64,000 nucleotides of DNA. Origin: Ascoidea asiatica JCM 7603 (taxonomy: Eukaryota; Fungi; Ascomycota). Shown here piece after piece: positions 12,501-24,439 of this stretch. Under the pieces are notes generated by a model. The model searched no databases, was not told where the DNA came from, and saw nothing but the letters and a program-made list of their open reading frames with translations. The first letter of the stretch is position 1. Every line of letters starts with the position of its first letter. Location of the stretch: the NCBI GenBank assembly GCA_001600695.1, contig BCKQ01000003.1:1432526-1496525 (forward strand), in the 5' to 3' direction. The position numbers were made by a program, and so were the translations under genes.

Positions 12501-14533
12501 TTCTCCAAAGCTATGCTTGTGCCCTGGGAACAATATCACGAAATGTTGATGATAATGCTTTGTCAGGCTGCTTACATTAATAAACTGTTGTTGGAATATC
12601 ATCACCAAATAAGAAGTGAAAGAAATTTGTCATAAATAAGGTCATGTCAATAGGTAAAGGAAATTGTACCAATTTCGATAGATCGTCATCCCCTTGAATT
12701 TCATGTTCAACTTCTTTTTTTTGAATCGAAAATTCATCACTTCTTGGATCAAGGGTATATTTTTTTGAAATATTTTTAAGTTGAATACGCTCAGAAGCAA
12801 GGACATGAATTGCACCTTCAATTCCAGAAGACATTATTGAAAAGTTTGTAGCAGTTGTAGACGCTATATGATCAAAAGAATTAGTATGATCAGTTGTTGT
12901 TCTGCTAGCAAGACTTGAAAAATCAGATAGATTATTAGAATTAAAAGTTTCTGAATCGGATTCTGAATGAGATGAGGCAGATGAATTTGGCTCTAAAGGG
13001 AAACCAAATTTTTCCAAGTAGGTATTGCCTTGAAATGCAATAATGAAAAGTAATTAACTTAAAATATCGGTAGTTAAAGCTTTGGTACATTAAATAAAAA
13101 ACAATTGAAAGATCAGGGAAATAGAAATAAGAAAACATATTTCTAAATTTTTAATGTTTACTCTGATTGATTTCCAATCAAATTTTTGATTAAGGTGAAA
13201 TTAAAAATGTTGATACAAATATGAAATCAATTTAGAAAAATCTGCCTAAAATTGATATTAAATTAATAACAATTTAAAATGAATATGTTTTTTTTTAGAA
13301 TTGGAATTGTATTATTTTGCTTTGAATACAGTTTTAAAAAATATTCTACATTTGAGTGTTGAATTGCAATTAAATTTAATTTTAGATATAAGTTTAAAAA
13401 CTAAATTTTAATCGTTCTAGAAATAATAATAGTTATTTGGATTTGATTTTTATTTTTGCAATGATTTAAAAAAATAAAATTCTAAATTTGAAAAGTTAAT
13501 GAATTAGTAAACTAGTTTTATTTTAGGTTAGTTTATTAAAAGAAAAATTAATATTGAAGAAGCAGTTTAATTGATTATACAACTATTTCTAATTATATTG
13601 TTGTTTTTGTTATTCGATTTAGATTTTGATAAGAATTTATAACAATTGCTTGAAAACTTATCAAAATACTTAGTTTTTTTTAAAAGCTATTATCTGTATT
13701 CTTAATATAGTTTAATTATTACTAAATGGCTTTCAAAACTCCCCATAGAGGCGAAAGAAGTAAGTTGCAGAAAACGTATTTCAATATGAGCAAAATTTTG
13801 ATTCCAGAAGGAATCTAATAGTATAACTATATGGTTTGTACAGATCATTATCCCCGTGACCAAAATAAACCTATAAGTGGCGCAAGGTTAGCCTATGTGG
13901 CTCTTTGGAAGAGTGTGTAGTTAAACCTGTACTCAACGTAAGAGACTTTATGAGGTCTCTTTACTAAAAAAAAGTAGGGTAACTAAATAACTTTTGAGGT
14001 GTATTTGGCAAAAATGGGCTGTGAATATCAGACTTTTGGTAGTGTATTTAGCAAAAAGTGGGCTGCCCTTGAAATATGAAATTTTTGAAATGTTTTGGAA
14101 TTTAAGAATTTTCTAAATTTTTGAAATAGTTGAAATTTTCCAAATTGTTTTTTTTTTTTTTTTTTTATTTCAATTTTAAAATATTAATTCAAATTTTGTT
14201 TATTTATATAAAGTTATATATAAAATCTATCGTAAAAAAATTGGCAGAGTTTGTATTGATTTTCTTTATATCAGAACAAAATGTTTAATATAAAAATCTG
14301 TTCCACCAGCTAATCTATTAGCACTACCAGCCAGCTCCACCAGCTTTTTCTTATGGAATTTCACTCATTAGTTTTGATTGAAATGTTGTAAACAGTTGGG
14401 AATTAGACAAATAAAAAAAAAAAAAATAAATGGCAATTGAAAGTTAAAGAAAACTGAGAGTAGCTTTTGATTTGAAGAACCGTTCCTCCACAGTATTTTA
14501 TGATATGGCTGTTTTAATCTTAAATCAGCTTCA

Positions 14534-14543
14534 GCTCATAACC
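14534..14543 (-). promoter_or_regulatory. Primer-binding site complementary to the tRNA-iMet anticodon arm (Ty5/half-tRNA type)
   Basis: Minus strand GGTTATGAGC directly after the presumed LTR end, matching the GGTTATGAGCC-type PBS of Ty5-like elements. Confidence 0.8.
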
Positions 14544-14859
14544 TATAAGCTGATATTCAAGAAGTCCTTGATTTCTTTTCCGCGAGGTAAAGAAAAACAA
14601 GGTATTTTCTTGTATTTATAGATCAAGAATCAAGGGACAGTTTAGGACTCAACCTTGGTGAAATTGCAAATAAGATGTGGCGCTCAAAGAGGGTAACGTG
14701 GTTCATTGTGTGACACGATGGGTGACATGGCCCTTAAAGCCTAATATCTTGCAAGCAACTCACTATGACGGCGGTTATTTGCATCTAATAATATAGACTT
14801 GTCTAACCTGCTTTTGGCCTGAAACACATCTCATTTAGTGGTTTTAAAAACGTTTTACA
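14544..14859 (-). repeat. 5' LTR of the Ty5-type element
   Basis: Lies just upstream of the PBS and contains CTATAAATA (14621-14613). Likely start TGTAAAAC at 14859, though this boundary is uncertain. Ends TTATA rather than CA. Confidence 0.6.
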
Positions 14860-16114
14860 TACGTAAAAGAAACCTGCATAATTTCAGTTGTTGCCAAGCT
14901 TGTTGCTCTTTGGAAAACGTTTTTCCAGCCTTGTAACGTGGATGCCCTCTCTAAGTCGAATCAGAAATTTTTAGTTTTACAAACAAATTTCAGTTAATTT
15001 GTTTCTAATTTTTAATGTTTGGTATGCTTGATTGTATTCTTTTATTACTATATTTTTGTACACTTATTTAAACTTTAGTAACTTATGTTTTTTGTTTGTA
15101 TGGTAGAAACGTCCCCCATTTTTGATATAATTTCGTTGTCTAAGGTTGATTTATTATCTCACGTTCAATTAACTATTCACTTCATTGTTACAGTTATTAA
15201 ATTCTATGGGGACATTTTTTTTAATTTATTAAAGAAAAGAAACTTTATTATGGTCTAAAAATAATAATTTTTTACTGTCATTTTATTTATTTTTTTAATT
15301 TTTTATCATTAATTTACTAATGCTTTCTGACTATAATACTATAGGTATATTTCTATACTCATACTAAACTCCAGAACTTCTGTCCTATAATCCCAAAATA
15401 TATCAATATTCTTGGTCGTTCATTAATTTTATTTCTTGACATTTTGATTGCTATACGACTAGTAATATGGTCCTTTAAAACCTTTTTGGTTAACCATATT
15501 AACAAGGTAATAAAAGTCTGCCTAATTTATTCTTTCTTTAAAACTGATTTCTGCTCGCATATTGTACTTTTTCTTTGCCATTGAGTCTATTTATTGCAAG
15601 GTTTTTGTTTTTACTTGATTTTTGGTGTATTTTTCTTTTAATTACAGTATATCTCAATTCTGTGAATTTACCTTTTGCATACTTTTGTAGAATGATTAGT
15701 TGGGTGTACTCTTTGTCATCTACTCTCTCATCGCGTACTTTTTAAGTCAAAACTAAATGATTATCTAATGTGTCTCAAAAACGCCACCAAAACAATTGAT
15801 AAAAATATCACCAGGCACGCCAGATACGCAGGTTGAACTAATGGAAAAGTTTAAATTGGTAGAATAGCAATAACCTCATAAACAAAAACAAATTGATGAA
15901 GTAAATTAAAATACTAAATTTGGCATACTTCGTGGGTAACGACATTAGTAGACATCTGCGAACTATTGACAGAAATGCGTCTTCGACCATTTGCGACCTC
16001 AGTAACCACAATGCTCAATTAGGGTAGCCTTTAAGCATTTTCTTTCTCATTTTCCCAACATGTCCGGTGCTTGTTCTATTATTTTTTATATTTTTGTTTT
16101 AATTATTTATTATT

Positions 16115-16490
16115 GTGTTGATGCATATCTGTATCATTTGTTTATTTGTTAATGATTTCGGGTTTCCTTTTTATTTATGATACTTCTGTGTTTCATTTTT
16201 AATTCTTTATACAGTTTTGTATCAAGTTTATATTTTCATACATTTCGGTATCATCTCTATTTTTGTGATAAACATTTGTGTCATTCTTATATCGGATATT
16301 AATTTGGTGTTTCAGTTTGTATTTCTTGATACATATTCGTATCCGTATGCAATCGGTTTACATTTCTAATTTTTTATTTTAAACTTTTGATACACTTTTG
16401 TAAGATTTTTATTTTTTCAGATACACTCCTGTGTCCTTGTGAACATTTATGATATGCATCAAGGTTCGGATTTAATTTGTGTTGTTTATA
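16115..16490. repeat. Degenerate ~29-31 bp tandem repeat, ~12 units, core TGATAC-N5/6-GTATCA
   Basis: Cores recur at about 16119, 16151, 16178, 16207, 16236, 16266, 16295, 16327, 16357, 16388, 16419 and 16450. Confidence 0.75.
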
Positions 16491-18180
16491 TCATTTTTAT
16501 TGTTTTAAATTTTAATGTTATTATCAAATCAATTTGAAAATATCAATCAGTCGAACCATTACCTAATGAAGTTCAGCTGTCAATATTTAAGCATGGAACG
16601 AAGTTCCCAGTTTAGTTAAATATTAATCAGAAAAATCAGATTTACATTTCATCTAGAAAATACTTCGATTAACAGCCTATTTTCTTTAATGTCCACAGTA
16701 TTTGCTAACTTAGTTAAACCGAGCGGCAATCATTGTCCTATAAGATTATATTTTCTTAACCCATTATTAGTTTTATTTAAAAATAGGGCCATTCATATAT
16801 AGGGGACGCTCGTAATTAAACAACATATGTAAATTTTGCACTGAGTTTTTTGTTTTTCACTCCCTCTATAATTAAGATTATTAAGGGTAAAAATTAAAAC
16901 TTAATTTTAAACTGACTTTCAATTCTGACATTCACCCAACCAAGTTATCTCTTCCTTTAGATTGAGCTTTAATTCAAACAAATTCAAATAATTGAGTTTA
17001 TAAAAAGACCATTCCATAAATATTTGTGAAATCATCCTACAACCGCCTCTATATAACTTGTACAGGGCATTCATTAATCGAATTTTTTATTGCGCATTAT
17101 CTCAAATTACATAACGTGTAATTTGAACTGTGAGATTCCAGCCTAATTAACCAAAACATATTCTACCATTAATCTAATATTGTGTCACTCATGAAGTTGC
17201 GAAACAAATCACAACCCTTACCCAACTTTTCTGTTGTTAATTGAATACGAGGGCGGTTAAAAAAAACAATCCAGGGGCACGTCACAGCCCAACCTGCAAA
17301 TTTAGTTATGGATTCCCAATAACTTTACTGTTAATGTGTTACAATTTTCCCTCATCGCAGTGATAAATGCTGCCTCATCCTGAATTCGTGAACTACAGCA
17401 CACGCACCTACTATAGTTTCGGAGGCTGCTAGGTTTAAACAAATATGTTCATGGTTTAAATTAATTATAGCAATGGCGGCGGCATCTAAAAACCATTTTT
17501 GTTTGATTCTACAATTATGGACGTTGTGTAGTCAGTATTATTTTCAAGTTTTGTACTATACTGCTGACCTTTGTCTATTGCCGTTGATTACTATAGGGAA
17601 CTATATTTACTCATATAAGGTAAAAATGTTTTTTTTTGGAATACAGCTGTAGACTGGTTTTTCAATAATTTTCAAATATACTTTAAATGATCATTTATTC
17701 TTGTTTTAGTCAAGTATCAGTATATGTTTTCCTTTGTGTACACTACCGGTAGCTCGGTTCCTGCGCCAAAATCCTAATTATATTTGTGTTTTGGAATCCA
17801 GTTAGCTTGTTAATCTGCCAAGAAGAATTTCAACGATTTTGTGTTTTGACTCAATTAATAGAAAACCAAAGGAATTAACGTTTATTAGACGCATATGTGT
17901 TTTGTGTTGCAAAGGTAGTTTAGAGCCGGAAGTCTCACGTTAGTAGGGCAATTTTGCACAAGTGTTTTTTTAGCTTGAGTCCTAAGGGTCTGTCAGTTAG
18001 GCTCCGCATAAATAACGCCCTAATTTTCTAAAAAAAAACAGGACAAATTTCATGTGTGGTCCTTTAAATTTGGAACAGAGGAAAAATTAGTAAATTTTAG
18101 TTTTCTGTATACCTGAACTTAAGTAGAAAAAGTAACGCTAATTAATAAATAAGTGGAGCTCTAAGTGTCTTCCTTTTATC

Positions 18181-18471
18181 AGTGGAATTCACGTGACTTC
18201 CACTTATAGCGCCACTTATCAAAAAAAAAACTTGTTCAAAATTGCTCTAGTATTTATCGGAAAAGGTAAATAATATTCATCTATAAAAGCTAAACTGGTC
18301 TTGGTTTTTTAATACATGTGTGCGCTCGTAGAACCCAAAAACAGCTTTACGACAAGAAGCAATAATGCTTATATTAATTAAATTAGGCTAAACAAGCCTT
18401 TGCGTGGGTAATGAGGTTTACTTAACCATGTGATCTTTATAACATGTGACATCTGCTAGAAGAGTCACATG
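18181..18471. promoter_or_regulatory. Cluster of bHLH E-box (Cbf1/CDEI- or Pho4-like) sites
   Basis: TCACGTGAC inside the 24-bp near-palindrome AGTGGAATTCACGTGACTTCCACT (18181-18204). RTCACATG at 18427-18434, 18443-18450 and 18464-18471. CACGTT at 17936-17941. Confidence 0.55.
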
Positions 18472-19275
18472 ATCTCTTAAAACATGGTCGGTTTATGTTT
18501 TGGGTAAATATTTAAGTTGTCTATGTGCAAAGATGAAACTTAGTCATCTTCTTACCACTTTTATAGTTAGTAAGACAAAATATACTTATATTTCTTATTA
18601 TATTAAAGGGATAACTATTTTGATTGTTAGTGTGGCTGCAGCTTTTGAGCTACGTAAGCGTGTCAGGGTTGTTTTGTATTCTTCCGTCTGTTTCACTCGT
18701 ATTTTTATTTTTCTCTTCTTCTTCTGTTTTTTCTTCGTCTAAATTATGTTCTTCATCTTCATCAGTTTTAGCTGTTAAAGACGAGTGGTGTATGCCATTT
18801 TGATCATCTTTTGTTCATATTTACTGGTTCTTCTTCTGTTGAATCTAATCTGTTCAATTTATTGGTAGGATTTCTGTGAGGTAGAATAGACATTTTTATT
18901 TCGAATTCCCCATTCATTTCTTCTAACCTGCTCTTAGTTTCATTAAGTTTCTAGTCAATTTCATTTAGTTTGATTTCATAGCAATTCTTTCTAAATCTAA
19001 ATTAAAATCAGGGTCAAATTTATGAATTTTTTAACTTATCATAATTTTCATTACATCTATTCTTTCTTTACAAAATACTCTAAAGTATTAAAATCATTTT
19101 CTATTCAAATTCTTTAATTTATATCATCTCAAATATCGTTGATATTTTAGATTATTTATATCTTTTGTATCATTTGTTTTTTTTGGCTATTTTCATTCAA
19201 TCATTTCTTCTTCTGTTTTCGCTGATTATTAAAATCATTAAATAGATAATCAAGCAGGTAAGGAACTAAAAAAAA

Positions 19276-22182
19276 ATGACAGATTCAACTGATACAAAAA
19301 ATACAACTACATCTTCTGTTATTTCTTCTGTTATATTCAATAGTGTAATATTAGGTTCTTTTACTCTAGCTTTTCTATTATTGAGATTAAAATTTAAAAG
19401 AATTTATCAACCAAAATCTGCCTTTAATCTAGTACCAAATGAGAAAAAACCTGAACCATTACCTCCTGGAGTATTTAGATGGTTGATAATTTTATTGAAA
19501 AAAAAAAATAATTTTATAATCAAACAAGCTGGCATCGACGGTTACTTCTTTTTAAGATATCTATTTTTAATCTCTTCAATTTCTTTAGTTTCGTTAATTT
19601 TTATTTATCCAGTTTTATTACCAATCAATATAACTGGTGGTAATAATAATTCAGGTTTAGATAAATTATCAATATCGAATATCAAAAATTCAAAAAGATT
19701 ATATGCTCATGCACTTTATTCAATGTTTTTTTATTTCTTAATATTATTTATAATTTATAGAGAACTAATTTACTATATAAATTTAAGAGCAGCGATTTTA
19801 TCTAGTCCCAAATATGCAACAAATTTATCATCCAGAGTTGTACTTTTTCAATCCGTACCAACTCAATATCTTAATGAATATGAATTTTCCAAATTATTCA
19901 ATGGTATTAAAAAAGTTTGGATAACAAGAGCTCATAAAGATTTATCAAAAAAACTAAACAAAAGAGATAAATTAGCTTTTATTTTAGAAAGTGCTGAGAA
20001 TAAAATTTTAAAAAATGCAATGAAAATTAAAATAAACTCAGATAAAAAAAATAAAATATTAGAACCAATTGATGAAATTTCAACATATATTAAAACTAAT
20101 AAAAGACCAAGTCATAGATTAAAGTTTCCAATTTTTGGTAAAAAAGTTGATACGATTAATTATTGTAAAACTAATTTACCAAAATTAAATAATGAGATTT
20201 TAATTTTACAAAAAAATCATTCAATTTCCAAACCAATGAATTCTGTTTTCGTTGAATTTGAAAATCAATATTTAGCTCAACTAGCTTTTCAATCAACTCC
20301 ACATCATACTCCATTGAATTTAGGACCAAAATTTATTGGAATTTCTCCTGAAGATATTTTTTGGCCAAATATGAGAATTTATTGGTATGAAAGATTAATT
20401 CGTTCTTTTGTTTCGGCTGTAACTATTTTTTCTCTTGTAATTTTATGGGCTTTTCCTGTAGCTTTTGTTGGTTTGATTTCAAATGTAAATTATTTAACAA
20501 AGCAATTATCTTGGTTACGTTGGATTAATGATATTCCAAGTTCTTTGTTAGGTATTATTACTTCCTTATTACCAACTATTTTATTAGCATTATTAATGAT
20601 GTTATTACCTGTAATTATAAGATCAATGGCAAAATTATCTGGATGTGTTTCAACTCAATATATTGAATACTATACTCAACAAGCCTATTTCGCTTTTCAA
20701 GTTATTCAAGTTTTTTTAGTTACAACTATTTCATCCTCTGCAACTTCAACTGTAACTCAAATTATAGAAGATCCAACAAGTATCATGAGCCTATTATCTG
20801 AAAATTTACCAAAATCTTCAAATTTTTATGTTTGCTATATTGCCCTTCAAGGTTTTTCAATTTCAGGAGCTCTTTTATTAAACTATAAAACTTTACTAAT
20901 GTTTTATGCTTTAGGTTTTTTATTTGATAAGACTGTTAGGAAAAAATGGAGTAGATTTAATATTCTTGATAATACTTCTTGGGGTACAACTTTTCCAATT
21001 TATACAAATCTAGCGGTTATAACTTTTTCATATGGAATAATTTCTCCAATTGTTTTACTATTTGCATTTGTTGGATTTTCATTATTATACATTGCATATT
21101 TACATTCTTTAACTTATGTTCAAGGGGAAAGTGCAGATTCAAGAGGAATTCATTACCCGAGAGCTCTATTTCAAACCATAGTTGGTATTTACCTTGGTGA
21201 GATCTGTTTATTAGGTTTATTCATTGTTGGTAAAGGTTGGGGACCAATTATTCTAGAAGCTATTTGTTTAGGTGTTACTATTTTCGTTCATACTAATTTA
21301 AATAAAGCTTTTGATAAATTAATGACAATTGTACCTGTTGATACAATGAGACCGTTAGATGGTAATTCTGATACTCCTTCTTTTTCATTTTCGAATAATA
21401 ATGGTAATATTAACAGTACTAGCAGTAATAATCCTAACCAAAATTCTCCTTCAACTAATCCTCTTTCATTTGGTAATAATATATCAGTTATTAATGATCT
21501 ACCTGAATTCAATTCAAACTCAAACTCAAATTATAATTCTACTTCAAAAGGCTTAAATCGTAATTCAAATTCAAATTATTCGGAAACTACAAATGTTTAT
21601 GAGAATATTGAATTAGAAATTAAAAATGAAGAAATTCCCTCATCTTTATTAACTCCTTCAAAAACAAGAAATACAATCCTTACTGAAATTTCTGTTGCTA
21701 AAACTCAAAATGAGCTTGATACTCTTGCAAATGTTCCATTACTTGCGGATGGTGATAATAATCCAATTCCAAAAGCTAATGCGATTATAAGATTTTTCAA
21801 ACCACATATTTATTGTTCTTATAAATTTCAAAAAAACTCAATTCCAGATTTATATAAAATGATTGATAAAGATGAAATTAATAAAAATTATGAACATGCT
21901 TATGATTATCCTGCTGTTAGTGCAAAACCACCGTATCTTTGGATACCTGAAGATCCAATGGGCTTATCTAAAATCGAAATTAATAATTTTGAGGGTATAA
22001 TCAAAATGTCTGATAACGGAGCTTATTTTGATCAAAATGGTGAAATTTTTTGGACTTCAGATCCTCCTGAATATGACAAAGAGGAATATGATATTAATTT
22101 TGATGATATTAAACTTGAAGATAATGAATCAGATAATGATATTGATATTAAAAATGCGAAAAGTAGCACAGATAAATATTAA
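19276..22182 (+). CDS. OSCA/TMEM63 (DUF221) family membrane channel, PHM7/RSN1-like
   Basis: 968 aa. RIYQPKS, AGIDGYFFLRYL, SVFVEF, FQVIQVFLVTT, LPKSSNFY, YPRALFQ, LWIPEDPMGLS and many TM segments. Confidence 0.95.
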   Translation: MTDSTDTKNTTTSSVISSVIFNSVILGSFTLAFLLLRLKFKRIYQPKSAFNLVPNEKKPEPLPPGVFRWLIILLKKKNNFIIKQAGIDGYFFLRYLFLISSISLVSLIFIYPVLLPINITGGNNNSGLDKLSISNIKNSKRLYAHALYSMFFYFLILFIIYRELIYYINLRAAILSSPKYATNLSSRVVLFQSVPTQYLNEYEFSKLFNGIKKVWITRAHKDLSKKLNKRDKLAFILESAENKILKNAMKIKINSDKKNKILEPIDEISTYIKTNKRPSHRLKFPIFGKKVDTINYCKTNLPKLNNEILILQKNHSISKPMNSVFVEFENQYLAQLAFQSTPHHTPLNLGPKFIGISPEDIFWPNMRIYWYERLIRSFVSAVTIFSLVILWAFPVAFVGLISNVNYLTKQLSWLRWINDIPSSLLGIITSLLPTILLALLMMLLPVIIRSMAKLSGCVSTQYIEYYTQQAYFAFQVIQVFLVTTISSSATSTVTQIIEDPTSIMSLLSENLPKSSNFYVCYIALQGFSISGALLLNYKTLLMFYALGFLFDKTVRKKWSRFNILDNTSWGTTFPIYTNLAVITFSYGIISPIVLLFAFVGFSLLYIAYLHSLTYVQGESADSRGIHYPRALFQTIVGIYLGEICLLGLFIVGKGWGPIILEAICLGVTIFVHTNLNKAFDKLMTIVPVDTMRPLDGNSDTPSFSFSNNNGNINSTSSNNPNQNSPSTNPLSFGNNISVINDLPEFNSNSNSNYNSTSKGLNRNSNSNYSETTNVYENIELEIKNEEIPSSLLTPSKTRNTILTEISVAKTQNELDTLANVPLLADGDNNPIPKANAIIRFFKPHIYCSYKFQKNSIPDLYKMIDKDEINKNYEHAYDYPAVSAKPPYLWIPEDPMGLSKIEINNFEGIIKMSDNGAYFDQNGEIFWTSDPPEYDKEEYDINFDDIKLEDNESDNDIDIKNAKSSTDKY

Positions 22183-22444
22183 TGCAATTCTTTTAAAATG
22201 TTGTTGTTTTTTAAATTTTTTTTCCTATTTGTTTCTTCTGTTAAATTCTAATTGTAATTCTTATTTTAATATTTTTTAATTTCTTTGTTTTATTTTTTCA
22301 ATCTTTATTGACGAAATCTTTTAAATCTTGCTCATCATTGTACTTTTTTTTTTTTTTCTATACTTATTTGTCTTTTCCATTTATAACATATTTGCGCTTG
22401 ATAAAGTATCATATTAATCAATAATTATTAATTTATTAAAATTT

Positions 22445-22573
22445 ACGCGTTTGTTTATACTATTGAATAAGGTAGCACAAAAGTAATTTTTTTTATTCAA
22501 TTGTTAGTATTTGTCAGGAGGGTAACCCTGTCACACTCAATACGGCAAAAGATATTTTTATTTTTTTACGCGT
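22445..22573. promoter_or_regulatory. Two MCB (MBF-binding) elements upstream of DUT1
   Basis: ACGCGT at 22445-22450 and 22568-22573 in very AT-rich DNA, 180-310 bp upstream of a DNA-precursor gene. Confidence 0.7.
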
Positions 22574-22752
22574 TATTGGATTTTTTAAACTTTGCTCTGT
22601 AATGGAAATTAAACTTTTTCGAAGAATTAATAATATTTAAAGGAATAATCGAATATCATTGAAAAAAATGAGAAATTTAATTTAATATTCAATTATAAAC
22701 AATATATATTTGACCAAATAAACAATAGATAACTATCAGACAAATAATCAAA

Positions 22753-23205
22753 ATGACAATCAATACAAATAAAGAATATTTAAAAATATTTAAAAGATCT
22801 GAAAATGCAACGTTACCAACAAAAGGATCTGAATTATCAGCAGGTTATGATTTATATTCGTCAGAGGATGGATTAATACCTGCCAAAGGACAAGGAATGA
22901 TATCAACAGATTTAACAATTATTGTACCAATTGGTACATATGGTAGAGTTGCACCAAGATCGGGTTTAGCAGTTAAAAATGGAATTACCACTGGTGCTGG
23001 AGTTATTGATGCAGATTATAGAGGAGAAGTTAAAATTGTTTTATTCAATCTTTCAGATAAAGAATTTAAAATTAAAAAAGGTGATAGAATTGCACAATTA
23101 GTTTTAGAAAAAATAGTTATGGCAGATATTTTAGAAGTTGATAATATTAAAATTGAAGAAACTTTAAGAGGTGAAGGAGGATTTGGTAGTACAGGTAAAA
23201 ATTAA
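22753..23205 (+). CDS. DUT1: dUTP pyrophosphatase
   Basis: All five dUTPase motifs: [40 protein letters not shown]. Confidence 0.98.
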   Translation: MTINTNKEYLKIFKRSENATLPTKGSELSAGYDLYSSEDGLIPAKGQGMISTDLTIIVPIGTYGRVAPRSGLAVKNGITTGAGVIDADYRGEVKIVLFNLSDKEFKIKKGDRIAQLVLEKIVMADILEVDNIKIEETLRGEGGFGSTGKN

Positions 23206-23295
23206 ATTTGTATGAATTAAAATTATGAAAGAGTTATATAGAAATTATATATATATTAGAAATATATGAAAAATATATTATATAAGGAATGAGAA

Positions 23296-24207
23296 TTACA
23301 TAAAATCATCATCATCTAAATTATCATTATCATAAGTATAATCATCTATATCAACTTTATCTTTTTTAAAACCACCACCAAGATTAGTTTTACCTTTTAA
23401 TTTCTTTTTACCGGCACCACCAAGACTTGTACCGCCAGTTTTTGATAACCTTGCTTTTCTTTCAGCTCTTTCTTTTTCTTTAACTAATAAATTTAAAGTT
23501 GAAATTGCTTTTCTAATGTTTTCAATTGATAATTCATTACTTAAATCTCTAATTAAATCAATTGATAAAGAAGTTGAGAAATTTAGTAAAGATTTTTTTG
23601 ATAATGGAATTAAAGATGAAGATAATTCTTTTCTTAAATTTTCATAATCTTGTTTTGTAATTGGATTAAAAATTGGTAATTGATCTAATTTTATATTTTC
23701 TATCTGTATTGAAAAATTATTTGAATTATCTAAATTATTTGTTAAAGATTTTTGTTTTGGATGATCATTAATTCCTAAAGAAGAGAATAAATCAGTTGCA
23801 TTATTAAAATCACTTTCAATTTCTTTTTGTCTTAATAATTGTTTACGAGTCTTTTCATCGAGAGAATCAAATTCAGATACTGTAGATTTATTATTATTTG
23901 ATAATTTTTTATTCTTTTTTTGTTGAGCTTGTTGTTGTTTTTGAAGTTTTTTCTTTAATTCTTCTTGTTCTTTTTCTTTCTTTTTTTTAAGTTTTTCTTC
24001 TTCATCTTCATCCCATGAATCATCTAATAAAGGTTCATCTAGTTCATCTTCCCAAGAATCTACAATTATATTATCTTTTTTAGTTGTAGGAGCACTAAAA
24101 TCTTCATCATCTACAGTTATTAAAAAAAAAAAGTTAGTAAACTTAGGTTATTAAGGAAAAAGTTTTTCTAACAATAAAGAAGTAAATAGATACATACCCC
24201 AACTCAT
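23296..24207 (-). CDS. HCR1: Translation initiation factor eIF3j, two exons (24207-24198, 24110-23296), 274 aa
   Basis: Not in the ORF track. Exon 1 ATGAGTTGGG, then an 87-nt intron GTATGT...TACTAAC (24139-24133)...TAG. Spliced protein MSWDDEDFSAPTTKK...DSWEDE...LIRDLS...DDDDFM* has typical eIF3j termini. Confidence 0.95.
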
Positions 24208-24439
24208 TTTGATTATATTTGACTAAAACTGAGTAAATTTGATTAAAAAGGATTAAACGTGAATGAAACAAAAAATGTCTTTTGGAATCGAAACAGATAA
24301 AGTATTATTTATACGAGTACTTATAGAATATATTGATTTAATGAATATAAAATATAAAATAGAGACACCCCTTTATTTAATATAATTTTGAAAAAAAAAA
24401 TTTAAAATTTGTACCAAGAAAGTAACTTTACAGTAGTAA

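Larger units (their letters stand above)
9522..14859 (-). mobile_element. Degenerate Ty5-type Ty1/copia retrotransposon (5' LTR, PBS, gag, PR, IN, RT truncated)
   Basis: Gag fragments 13017-11843. Protease LWDTRAS at ~11660-11640 in a shifted frame. Integrase LHYSLGHLS...CQICK, IVHSDITG, MDDYSRF, KIDIGTEY, NGRLE. RT AGWIF...HKARLVVYG, LDISRAILHG, KLKKALYGVRQ, IAIY. No RNaseH or matching 3' LTR seen. Confidence 0.93.

Noticed and set aside
15350-15780. Minus-strand transposase-like relic
   Set aside because: Lys-rich open stretches but no diagnostic motif.
16115-16490. CRISPR array
   Set aside because: Eukaryotic context, highly degenerate units, no unique spacers of proper length, no cas genes.
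17041-17270. Mariner-like TIR TACGAGGGCGGTT at 17246 and a similar inverted motif at 17041-17053
   Set aside because: The two motifs face outward, and no convincing partner TIR or transposase was found.
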